DNA of 64,000 nucleotides, from positions 7,750,001 to 7,814,000 of the forward strand of contig OZ234494.1 of assembly GCA_965153455.1 (NCBI GenBank). The letters run 5' to 3'. The number at the start of each line of letters is the position of its first letter. Within the stretch, counting starts at the first letter, position 1. The position numbers and the translations under genes were made by a program. This document shows, one piece after another, positions 42,230-54,941 of this stretch. This DNA is from Sphagnum compactum. Its lineage: Eukaryota. The notes beneath the pieces were generated by a model. It was not told the DNA's origin. It was given only the letters and a program-made list of their open reading frames with translations, and ran no database searches.

Positions 42230-45200
42230 TTTTGGGTCAAATTATGCAATTTTTATGTCATTGAAAGTGCTAGGTCAAGGGCTACAATTGTTCTTTGAAC
42301 CCAAAAATCAAATTCCCAATGTGTGGGGATTCAACCTCCTTAGAACCATTAAGTGTTCAGTGATATGTGTAATTAACCTAGTGGTGTTATGTTTTCATTA
42401 TTTACATTGTTGAATATAATGGAATACAAACACATACAAAAGGATTTTATATAATTGGTAGAATGAGTTCATTGATTAACGTTCTTTTAATAAACTACAA
42501 CAAAAATAATGAAAAATGAACTAAATTGTTGGACACATATGGCAAAAAATGGAAAGAATATTCAAAATATTAGGGGTTGTGTGACAAACATAAATAATAT
42601 AGTAATTTAGAATGAAAGGAAAATTCATCTTTTTAGTATAATTTGAAAACCATGGATTTTTGCATGAGGTCATTTTTAAAAATATTTTTTGAAACTCTTG
42701 ACGTAAAGGGGTATCTTGTGGTATACTATGAAATAATGAAAATATATATAAACAATAAAATCCATAAATATTCTTTCAATATTTAAATTTGAAAATATTT
42801 AAAAAATAATCTAGAATTATTTTCATAATGACTTTCAAGCATGTTATTTACATTTAAATAAGTTATATAATTTACTTCTTAATGAAGAAATTGTGCCTTA
42901 TATTTTTTTACACACCATTTGGAAGAAAATGTAAGTTACTTCCCCAAGGATTTTTTTAATGTGGTATTTAAATGTTTTCTCTTTTCCACCCACCTTGCCA
43001 AAATGTTGTATATAGAGAACAAAAGATATGAAATACACATGAGGATTACTTATTTTAGATCTTTTAGGAATTTTCAAAGGATACAAATCCAACATGTCAA
43101 GTTGTTTGCGTTTTCAATGTATGCCAAGTTTGCAATAGAAATTATTGATGTAGTCAATAACTATTTGATCAAAAGGTCATGGGTTAGCCAAAATTTTGAA
43201 ACCTTGGAAGAAGAATCGGAAATGATGTGCATTGCCTTTGGTTCTAAAACGCCATTTTTTGATAAACATTTATTAGCACCAAAAATTGGGATCATAGGCA
43301 GGGATTTTTTAAGGGATAAAATTTGTGAACAAAAAATTGGGAAAATGTTGTAAAAGTGTGTTTTATTAGCATAAACTGGAATAATTTTGCTAATCCTTTG
43401 GAAAATTTTGCATCAAAAATTTGAAGAAGGATTCATGGATGTTGATGTTTCAATAATTATGAAATCATTAGCTTGCCCAACTTTCATAGTGATTGGTTCA
43501 AATTTGATTGTGTACCTTATTATTGGAATTTTGGGGGACATGTTATCATGTTTGTAATATTGACCGATAGTATTTTTTGTTTTTTATTTTTAATTATTTA
43601 TTTTGAAAGAAATAATAAAAAATTTCATAGAACCTTGCATCAATAGGGCATGCCAATTATTATATTGGACATTATCTGCAATCTTAGACCATAACAAAGG
43701 GTAAAATATGTTCAAGTGGCAAATGAAAAAAAATGAGCAGTTTGAAATTTGTCCTTCAAGTGAAAGAACATGTTTCAATGAAAATATTTGTAATAAATGA
43801 CCAATTAGCTCATATTAATGCATTCAATAATATTTTATAGCCAAATGGATTTATCAAACCTTAAGGTGACATGCAAGAAGAACTCATGCATAGGTGAGTT
43901 ACACAATTCAATGTTGGGCAAATGGAACATTTCAAGTTTAGTTGATGTGCCCACTTAATTTCATGGCCACAATTGCATTCGTGTCATATTTGTCAGACAA
44001 ATTGCAATGCACCCAATGAAGTTTCATTTTCTTAAGACTAATGAATTTCTTTGACCACAGCAAGGTAGTGGGATACAAAGATCTACACAAATTTTGGACA
44101 AACAATTACATTCTTTCAGTTCCTATTGCAATCTAAGATGCAACACCAAAACAAATTATTGTGTTGGCTAGCACCCAAAAGACATAGTAAGTTTAGTTTT
44201 ATCCAACATTTTGAATCGTGTAGCAAATCATGAAGGCATTGTTGAATTCTGATAAACATTTTGGGATCATGTCTTGAAACCATCAACTAGATCTCAGACA
44301 AAGGCATTGTGGGCGCATGAATGACCTTGCCCACAAAGGCAAAGAGGAAAGCATACTTTCATTCAAGATATTATTTTAGTGGAACAAGTTATTACACTCT
44401 TTGGGAAGAAGTAAACCAAGAAATTCTTTGTGGGCATGAAGGAAATATTGCAAAAATTATTTATACTTGTGTATTGTAGCCATTAGATGACATAAATTGT
44501 AGGATAACAAGAAAAAAATTTAAACCTTAAATTTCCAACTATTCATCTTTACCATGTGGAATAAAATTGTCAATTCTATGAAATAAAAAAATCCCAGTAC
44601 ATAATTTAACACCACGAAGCACATGTCAAGGTCTAGGTCAATCCATTCATCTAAAAAAAAACGTGGATTTACAGAAAGTATATATATGTTGAACTAACTC
44701 GTTCAAAATGACAAAAAATAATCATTCATCTTGCACATGTGACATAACTTGGATGATAAAAGAAGGTGACAAACCTTGTTACAAAAGTGATGTAAGGGTC
44801 ACAAATTATGCATCTTTGAATGTGTATCATATATGACAATGTATACGATGATGCATCTCCACATTTGTGAGACAAAATGAAAAATATTCCAAGGGAAATA
44901 GGTACCAAAAAGATGAAGTCTCAATTCCCAATGACACCTCTGAACATCCATCCCTCAAAATGTGAGACCAAATGAAAACTACATCATTCTAGTCTCTCCC
45001 CAAAATTCCAATGTGAATTCCAATGTCCCTGCACTAACACTTGATGAAGAAGATGAACATTTCTCAAAATGTGAAGGGGGACCAAATGAGAACTACATCT
45101 TTTAGTAATCTCTCTCTCTCTCTCCCCCTTAGAGGGAGAGCCAAAACTTTTGATGTGACATATTTCGTAACCTTCATCACCAGCAGAGTATCATAGTAAT

Positions 45201-48200
45201 CAAACAATTTCGGCAACAAACTGTTGAATAATTAATTAAATCTTAAATCTTAATTTCAGCAATTGATTTTTTAAATCATCTTCACACAATTTTGCCTAAA
45301 GGTGACAAGTCATTTTTACCCTTCCATATTTGGCCTTGATTCCTATAATAACATTCAATTCTCCATAATGAATGAATACTTTGTGTTGTAATCCAACATT
45401 TCTTGAAGCATGCCCCCATTTCACAACAATGTGTAAGCCTCCAAGGTTCTTGAATGGATGGCAAGGAACTTGATGACACCTATATGTTCGCATGGGTAAG
45501 TCAATGCTTTAATGAATGTTACTTATGTGCTTCTTGTTTCTCATTTATTTTGGGTGTTTTCTTCACCAACTCAATGGTGTTTAACTTGTAATCAAACTTT
45601 TCAATTCACACCTTATGCACCACACCATAACCATTTTGATTGTTTAGACCCAACAAAGGAAACACATTCGTTGGCTTGGAATCCATATGTTTGGAATTCA
45701 TTGTGCCTTGACTTCCTATTTGGGAAAGAAGATTTTGAACCGCTTCTTCCATCCATGGTGCCAATCGTGCCTTCTTTTTCAAAATTTTTTTGTTAAATTT
45801 GGCCCACCATGTCACGTTATCCCATAATTTCACCACCTCCATAGGTCAATTTGCCTTATCCTTTTGCTAGATAAAAGACTTCAAGCCATTGTGCCAAATT
45901 TGATGTTATGTTCTTAACCTTGCATTCAAGCCACTTCAAAAACCCTTGAGAATTTTGTAGTTCAATGTACTTTGGGGAATTGTTTAGTTCCATAATTTTT
46001 TCCTCTTCATGACTTATTTGTACTTATTTAGGCCATATGTTTGCTTGTTCACAAAAGCGTACTCGAGGTAAACCATTTTATGTTCCTTGAAAAAGTCCAA
46101 AACAATTTCTTGGGATGATCACATGGTAATCCATTTAAGGTCATTTATCACAAGCCTTTATTGCTTTTGAAATGGGTTGATGAAGTGTTCTCACCTTTAA
46201 ACATCTCTTATGCCCTTCACTTTTGCGTGGTTTTTGAGGGCACACTAAAATGCCTTCCATGTGAATCACTCAATGTTTAAAATAAAGGGTTTAGGGGTTT
46301 AGGGCCAAATTGTCCCCTTGAAGGTTGGTCAGACAACATCACTTTAATTTAGGATGCTCAAAATTTTCTAAAACCTTCCAATCATTAATTGTTATGAACA
46401 ACTTGAGTTTCAAAAGGTCAAGGACCAAGGTTATCCAAATTTTGTGAAAAGGCCAACAAAACCCCCCATATATTCAAGGTTTCAGCCTCCTTAAGTCACT
46501 TAAGGTTATAAGCAATGATTGTAAGGGTGCAACCAAAAACACAAAACCCAAAGGGGGAAAAGGTAGTGAAGAAATTATCTGCATGATTATTTGGGCAATG
46601 AGCAAGTGTTTGTGCGAGCTCTAGAAAACTGAATTGAGTGACCATTTCCAGTACTTAAGTTAAATGATTATTGTACAAGCATTCCTGTAGCAACGCGAGA
46701 GGAGACTTAAATAGTGGTGTAACACAATAATCTCTAGTCATTGATTTTACTTTCAGAAGAAATCTTATGTTGAGCTTATCACTATCTTTAGTTGTGGAAG
46801 TTGGGTTCATAGTGTGACAGGGTGGTGAATATTTGGCCTTTGGAAGAAGTTGCAATCTTTATGGAGATAGCATCCCTCGTTTTGTTTCTCCCCTCCTTCT
46901 GAGGACTTTTTGCAAAAAGCTATCAATGTTCCTGAAGAGGATGTCCTTTACAATTGGACAAACATGTCCTCTATGTCTATGTCAAAGACTGGAAAGTCAT
47001 TTTGGGCAGCCAAGGAATTCCATCCATTCACCCTCTAAGCCCTCATTGAGATGTGTTTTAAAGTAGGGTCTTTTGTTGTGACTTGTCCACTTCCACATGC
47101 TTGTTTCCTCCCTTCTCCCCAACTCTTGTTTTGTTGTTTGCTTCTAGTCTTGGTTTTCATTCTCATTCCTTTTATAGGCAACAACATTAGGGCATGGCAT
47201 GCCCTTCATCGTCATGTTTTTGGCTTTGGAGTCGGACATGGACATCTTCATTGAAGTTTTTAAGCCCTTGGTTGTTGCTCCAATCCCTGAGACAACCCAC
47301 CTAGTTGGTAACATTCATGATGAAGATTCACTAGTGGAAAGGTGACCCAAAAGAATTTTGGATTGTGAGTAAGTTTGCATCTTCTATTTTCTGTTGCTAT
47401 TTCTTACTCTTCCATTTTAGTTCTTTGAAGTCCTTATGCTTTCCTTGTTTTGAAATGCAGAAGTGTTTCCAAAACATTACCTTTTTTTGCAACAGAGGAT
47501 TTCAACTTTAGTCCCCCAAGGGATTTTATATTGCTTTCGTTTGTTGAGGCTCAAGCCCAAGTCTTTGCTTCCTGTGTTTCCCTGCCTAGGGTTAGAATCC
47601 TATTTTGTATGATCTTGCAGTCAAAACATTCATAGATGATGAGGCTCAAGAGTGAGATAGGTTATCTCTATGTTGAACTCAGGGGTGGACCACTCTAGCG
47701 TAAGCCTTTGTGAAGTCCTTAGGTTGGGTGGAGAGTTATAATAAAAATGTTCTTTTCTCATTCTGATTCTTGTGTTACACTTTCTTACATGGCATTTGTA
47801 CTTTTCTTTCCCTTTCCTCATCACCGCCATTTTCATGTGAATTTTTTACTTTACTTCCTATACTTTCCACTGGAAATATCTTCCATTATTTATACTACAA
47901 CAATATTTGTTTAACGGATTTGGCCCTGCTAAATATATGTGTCAATAACTATATAGTTTCCAAAGAATGCTTATGGGACAGTTGCATTGTTCCAAGAAAT
48001 TTTTAAAAATCCAAAATTTAGGTTGAATGTTTGAAAGCATACCATCTATAATTATGGATTCCCATTTTTCTCCAATCTTTGTCTTTATTTTTTCCCAAAC
48101 ATTTTGCTACTTTCGGTGTTGAGAGTAGATGATCGAAAGTCGTTGAAATTCCCAAGTAGGTTACTGAGTGTCCCATTTTCAGAAGGAGTCAAGATTTTGA

Positions 48201-50878
48201 TGGCCAACCATAAGCTTCTTGGGTGGCAATATGGTGCATGATTGCTAGAAAGTAGATGTTAGGATTTGAGTATATGCATTGATATTGGCTCCTAGAATTT
48301 TATTTACAAAGGAATGAATGTTTCACAGCATACATAATTCATAAATCCAAAATCTGGCCTTACAAATGGTGACTTAAAAGATTGTAAGAACTCCCCTATG
48401 ATATAATAGCCACTGTTGATCATCATGTCTCTTTTTTTTATCACATTCTTTTTCCCTATTCTTGGTGTCGAAAATAGAAGATTGAGATATAAAAATCCCC
48501 TGGGCCAAATTTGAGCTTTGATGGGTTTCAAATTCACCCAAATTTATTGATTAGTGTTAAAACATTGGGATATGGATATTAGTAAATGCAGCAATATTGG
48601 GTGTCGGGGTTTAATTTACCAAAGAATGAAAGTTTGAAAGAATCTAAAGTTTGGCCTTGCAATTTTTTCAAATTTTGGTTGAAAAGATTGCAAAAACTCC
48701 CTACCACATAGCAACCAATATTGTTCATCATGTGTTTATATTTTTATCCCACATTTTTTCCCTACTCTTGGTGCCAAGAGTATACAATTGACACATGTAG
48801 TTTCCAAGCATGTTAGTTAATGTCTCCTTTTACATTAGGAGTCAGGGATAAAAATGCTTGGGTAATTTGATGGGTTTCAAATTCACCCAAATTTGTTCGT
48901 AAATTCAACATCACTACTACCTTAGGGCAATAATAAATTTTCATTATATAAAACAATAACTCAAAGAAATTAATCATTAACAAAGAAATTTTTTCATGAT
49001 TTTTTATAAATATTCATCAAAGCCATCCTTAAGTTTTTTAGGTGACAACAAATTAGTTAAAAACATTTGTGTCTCAAAGATGAATCTTATGTTAAAATGT
49101 TAATTTGCTTTCGATTTTTTGTGTTTTTTTTAGTCAATTCTTGCATAAATTTTGAATTCAGTTTTCGAGATTTAGATTTAAAGGAATTGAAGGTAATTAC
49201 TTGTATATTTCTCAAACGAAATTTATTTTAAAAATAGGACATATGGATAGTTTTTTATAATTCATATTAATATGCCACTTGCTGAAACAAACAACACAAG
49301 TGCCAAGCAAAAAAATAAAAATAAAATGGAGGTATGATTAATTTGGTTACCCAACATTCATATTTGGATAAGAAACCCAACAAGTAGATGGTTGGTGTTC
49401 AAATGAACTTATTTATTGGATGGGTGCACCCAAAATCCACACGTCATACTACATACACATTCTGTGATGTTTCAAGCCTCAGCTCTTGAATCCACACGAA
49501 GTTTATCATCACTTCTCCTTTTGGTTTATAAATTGTTTTACACGTTATGCTGCTTTTTCTTTTAACTATCATCAATATTGTCTTTCTTTGTGGTAGACAT
49601 ATTGAGTAGAGCCAACTTTTCTAGGTGTGTTGTTCACATCATTTAAACCCGTTTCTATCCTTGGTGTTGCTAGTTATGGGCCTTCCTCTTCCTCATTTGT
49701 CATGTTTTCTTCTGGGTTTTGTGTTTTCAACATTGTGCTTCCTTCTTTATCATTTGATTATGTCATTTCGGCATTTACACATGTTGCAAAGTCTTCCTCT
49801 TCCACTTTGCTGGTAATTGTATTGGCCTCCACCAACTAGCCCATTTCCTTGTTGTATGCAAATGTTAGTGTTTCATATGGATCGTGTTTTGCATCTGATT
49901 TGTTTCTTGGCCATTTCTTTTCTAAGATTAAATCGTTTATTTTTTTGGGCGCTTGGAATCCTAAGAGGTAATCGCATCGTTGATGAAGTCTTGTTCTAAA
50001 ATTTTTATTTGTTGAATGTGTTAACCATGGATTGTCTCTAGGTGGTTGTGGCAAGCTGTTCAGAAATTTTGGCATAAACATTTTGATCTTTGTCCCATAT
50101 ATCTTATAGTCTTACAAGTGGTTAGTAGATGCCCAATATCCAACCTCTGCCTGGAACTATGCATCTACATTCTTCAACTTTCCTTTTGTTATAGACGGGT
50201 ACAAATCCAAATTCGATGGTGTTTGACAAAAATGTTGTGGATATGGATATTGTGACATTTTGCAAACGAAAAATTTCTATCCTAGGTTTTTTTGAGTTGA
50301 ACCTTTCAACTTGAAAATAAAATTACACTGAATGCAATTCATAACCCATTTTGGAAACATGTTGGGTTAGTGACATATTTCTAGTTGTCCACTCCAATTT
50401 TTGATTTAGATTTACCATGATATCCATTGGTTTTCATTGGACCAATTGGTTGGTAGTGATGAATTTAGAACAGCAGCATTTGCCACAACGGCTCCTAATG
50501 GAAAAATAACTGCACGTGTATCAACAACCACAAAATCATGTACTTGCATATGATAATCATTTATTGCTTTGATCTTATTTTGTCTATGATTGTTTCCCTC
50601 AATAGTCAATGTGCATTTGTTCAACATGCAATTTTAGTGTTTAAGTTCAGCCTTCCTTTTATTTCTTTTTTTCACAATTGTATATTTCTTTCTAAGATCA
50701 CTATTTTGAAGAAATATTCATATTAACATGTGTATTGCATTATAATTTAATGCAAACAATTGAGTTTTAGTCCCTCCTTCATTTTTCGACATGTCTTCGT
50801 TTTCGACTATTGTACACCTCTTGTGGTTTCGGGGCCAGCCTTATCATCTAACAATTCACAAGCTAGTTTAACACTTTG

Positions 50879-51182
50879 TGTTATGGACCGACTACAAACA
50901 AGTGGAGAATTACAAGACAAGACAAGCTTTATTGACCCATCAACTGGTGTTGATCTGCTAAAGGGTTGTTCCCCAGACTATCTCCTTTTATAACCCTGAG
51001 CCATACTAGTCCCAAAATATCCTAGGCCATGATATTGCCAAAAGTATCCCGAAATATCCTAGGCCATGATATTGCCAAAAGTATCCCAAAATATCCTAGG
51101 CCATGATATTGCCAAAAGTATCCCAAAATATCCTAGGACATGACATTGCCAAAAGTATCCCAAAATATCCTAGGCCATGACA
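50879..51182 (-). repeat. 3' LTR (304 bp; 4 full + 1 partial 37-bp U3 repeats)
   Basis: Identical by eye to 57496-57762 except for one extra CCCAAAATATCCTAGGCCATGATATTGCCAAAAGTAT unit. Confidence 0.97.
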
Positions 51183-54100
51183 TTATCCTCTCCTCAAGCG
51201 ACATCTTCTAGATGGAGCCGGTTTGTTAGGATATCGTTGGTGAAACCGATTAACTAAGTCTTGGGCATGAACTAGGTTTCCAGCAGGCTCCCAAGTAGCT
51301 TCAGAAGGAGGATAACCTCGCCAAAAGACAAGGTACAGGAGCTTTCCACGAATCTTCTTGGAGTCCAAGACCTCCTGAATTTCAAACTCTTCTTGGCCTT
51401 CAATTTCGACTGGAGCTGGGGGTTCTTGATGACGTTCTGGGATCAGGTTTTCATGATAGGGCTCAAGCAGGGAGACATGGAAAACATTGTGGATTTTGAA
51501 CTGGGGTGGAAGCTCCAACTGGCAAGCCACTAGACCAACCAATTTTGCGATTTTGAAAGGTCCGAGGCGCTTGTAATCCAACTTGGCACATGGGCGAGTG
51601 GTAGCAATGTTCTTTCTGAGAAGCCAGACCTTGTCTCCAACCTTGAAGTTTGGATGGTCCTTGCGTCGGCGGTCTGCTTGCTTCTTTTGCCACTCCTGTG
51701 TTAGCTTGAGTTTTGCCATAAGGTTCTGTTGAACCTGTCCAAGCCTCGTGGCCCTTTCTTCAGCCGAGGGGTTTACGGAATCTCCAGGAATTTCAAGGCT
51801 GAACCTGGGATGAAAACCGTAATTGGCAAAGAATGGACTGATCCCGGTCGATGCATGTGTTGTGTTATTATAAGCAAACTCTGCTTGAGATAGTAGGTCC
51901 AGCCAGTCGTCCTGTTGGTAGTTCACAGTGCAGCGAAGGTATTGCTCGAGTGTCTGGTTTGTCCGTTCGGTTTGTCCATCTGTCTCAGGGTGGAAAACTG
52001 AAGATAGCCGAATGTCAACTCCAAGAAGCTCGAATAGACGATGCCAGAACTTGGATGCAAACTGAGGACCTCTGTCGGACACAATTTCCTCGGGGAGTCC
52101 ATGCAGTCGGACGATCCCGTCCAGAATTAATTGAGCTGTCTCTTCTGCCGTGATTGACTTGGAACAAGGGGTGAAATGGGCCATTTTGGTGAGTCGATCA
52201 ACCACAACCAGTATTGAATTCTTGGTTCTGACAATAGGGAGGTCCGTGATGAAGTCCATTGCAATAGATCCCCAAGGTCGGCTAGGAATCGACAGAGGCT
52301 GTAGGAGTCCAAACGGGCGATGCCTGGGAGCTTTGGATCGAGCACATGTATCACTAGACTTGACATATTCCCCTAGCATCTTGTTCATTTTGGGCCACCA
52401 GTAAGTCCTTGACACTAGTTCGTGAGTCCGTGCCATTCCAAAGTGACCTGCCAGGGTGTTGTCGTGGCATTCCCTCAGGATTTTTAGGCGTATAGGTCCT
52501 TCGGGTACATAAATCAGGTTATTTCGAAGGAGAAGTCTGTCTTGCTGCTCAAATTGATCCAAGTCATCACGATTTGGGTTCCTTGGTCGTTCTTGGAGTT
52601 CCTTCTTGATGTTGGTAGCCCAGGTGTCTTCCTCAGTTGCCATCTTGATGTCCCTGACAAGGTATGAGTCTGGGAGGGTGCTGATTGTTGCTGCAACTCG
52701 AAATTGCTTGGGGTTGAGTAAAGTCTGGTTCTGCTGGCCGTAGGCCTCAGCCCCCGCTCGAAGTTCATATTCTGAACGACGAGATAGCGCGTCAGCTTTC
52801 CCTTGCTGGGTGCCGGGTTGATACTGAATCTCAAAGTCGAAATCAGCTAGGAAGATAGACCAGCGTGCCTGGCGACGATTTAAGGTCCGAGTAGTTGTGA
52901 AATAAAGAAGATTCTTGTGATCTGTCAAAACTTGGACTCGATGTTGAGCTCCGGCAAGATACGGTCTCCACTGCTCGAATGCCGTGATGATTGCCAGAAG
53001 TTCCTTATTGTAGACCTGGTAGTTGATTTCGGCACTGGTTAACTTCCGTGAATAAAAAACAACTGGATGCAGCAACCCATCTATTCCAAATTGAGATAGA
53101 ATAGCTCCCAAGGCAAAATCTGAAGCGTCCGTTTCCACAATGAATGGCTTGGCAGGATCGGGATGTATCAGGATGGGTGCAGAGGTGAATGCCATCTTGA
53201 GAGTATCAAAAGCAGCTTGGGCCATTGGATTCCACGAGAAGGGCTTGTCTTTGCAAGTCAGGGTTATTAACGGTGTTGTGATCTTGGAGTAGCCTTTGAT
53301 AAACCGACGATAGAAGTTGGCAAACCCTAGGAAGCGTTGAACGTCCTTGACCGAGGATGGAGTAGCCCAACACTCGATGGTCTCGACCTTTGATTTGTCC
53401 ATGAAAATGCCATCTAGAGAGATCACGTAGCCGAGGAACGCCACTGAAGATTTGTCGAATTCACATTTTTCCAACTTGGTGTATAAGCCATGCTCCCGCA
53501 ACGTCGCAAGCACCAATCGTACATGTTTGTCGTGGGTTTCCTGGTCCTTGGAAAAGATTAAAATGTCATCCAAATAGACCACGACAAATTCGTCCATGTA
53601 ATCCCGGAAGATATCATTCATCAGATGCTGAAAGACTGCGGGTGCATTGGTGAGGCCGAAGGGCATGACCGTGTATTCGAAGTGGCCATAGCGTGTGCGG
53701 AAAGCTGTCTTCCATTCATCACCAGGGCGAATCCTGAGTAAGTTGTAGGCTCCACGGAGGTCAAGCTTGGTGAAGATCTTCCCGGTACGTAGTCGATCTA
53801 GGAGACCTGAAATCAAGGGCAAAGGATATCGATTCTTTTTGGTTATCTTGTTGAGTCCACGATAATCCACACAGAGTCGAAGGGAGCCATCCTTTTTCTT
53901 GACAAACAAAATTGGGGCGCCGGCTGGAGACTTGGAATGCTGAATGAACCCCTTGGCAAGATTTTCAGTAAGGTAATCACGTAGGGCTTGGAGTTCCGGT
54001 TCTGATAGGCCATAGATAGGACCAAAGGGTGGTGAGTGTCCTTCTTCTAGATCAATCGGGCAGTCATATGGACTATGGGCGGGGAGCTGATCAGCATTAA

Positions 54101-54941
54101 TCTTTTCAAAAACATCAACAAAGTCCTTGTACTTCTTGGGAAGTTTGACAGGTGTTGGTTCTGATTGGGGGTTTGTGGTGTTGGCTGGGTTGACATGGAT
54201 GGCGAAGACTTGAAGATTCTTAGCAGCCCGATAGAAAAGGACAGCTCTATCAACGAAGATCTGGACAGGGTTGGTTTTCTGGGCAGGATTCTTGACAAGA
54301 TTCTTGACAGGACAAGGTTTCGTTCTGACCAACCGGGGGTTCTTGACTGCAGGATTTGACATAACAGACTTGATAAAATTGGAATTGGTTCCGACCCTCT
54401 TTGGGTTCTCGACCACAGGGTTCTTGGCAGGACTGGACAAAGTGTTTTTCTGAGCGTGGGGTTCTTGAGAGGTGCATCGTTGTGCGCTGAAGGTGAGGGT
54501 TCTAGATCGTCAATCAATGATAGGGTTGTGTGCTTCTAGCCAAGGCAGACCAAGGATGATGGGATGGTGAGGGGTGGAAATGATGTTGAGAACAATCTTC
54601 TCCGTGTGCTTGCCGATACAGAGTTCTAGAGGGGTTGTCTCGTGTGTGATTGCACCAGAAGCAATGGTTCTCCCATCAATAACCTCTACCGGAACAGGGG
54701 TTGACTTCTTGACCACAGGGATGTTGTGTTGGACGACAAATGTTTGGTCGATGAAAGAAGAGGTGGCGCCGGAGTCCACCAAAGCTGACACTTGTGGTAT
54801 GTCTTCTGGAATACGAATGATGTCCACATACTAAGTGAAACTGGGACTGGGACCAACAGCGGAACAGGAGCCTTTGCAAAGGTGGTGTTGGGTGAGATCC
54901 AGTCGCACGGCTCCTACTATGACTGGATGTTCTTGTTTTCC
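51183..54941 (-). CDS. pol: pol polyprotein (aspartic protease, RT, RNase H, integrase, chromodomain) in the -1 frame relative to gag; interrupted by in-frame stops at 54833-54831 and 54512-54510
   Basis: ALVDSGATSSF (PR); LCVDYRGLN, KLDLRGAY, MPFGLTNAPA, VYLDDILI (RT); ETDASD (RH); H..GH, MDFITDLP, SDRGPQF, ETDGQTER, GPF (IN); FEIQEVLDSK..LYLVFWRGY..EATWEP (chromodomain). ORFs 54831-55037, 54510-54827 and 51183-54440 share one frame. Confidence 0.95.
54866..54941 (-). promoter_or_regulatory. Predicted -1 programmed ribosomal frameshift signal (G_GAA_AAC + 6-nt spacer + H-type pseudoknot)
   Basis: Heptamer at 54941-54935. Stem 1 AUCCAGUC (54928-54921)/GACUGGAU (54904-54897). Stem 2 AGGAGCC (54915-54909)/GGCUCCU (54872-54866). 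Confidence 0.75.

Noticed and set aside
45240-47300. Degraded gag/zinc-knuckle-like retroelement remnant on the minus strand
   Set aside because: Only a frameshifted C..C...GH...C hint; no LTR, RT or other motif could be confirmed.
51183-54440. 1085-aa ORF as an independently initiated gene
   Set aside because: It starts at TTG only because of the upstream TGA; it is the in-frame continuation of the protease.
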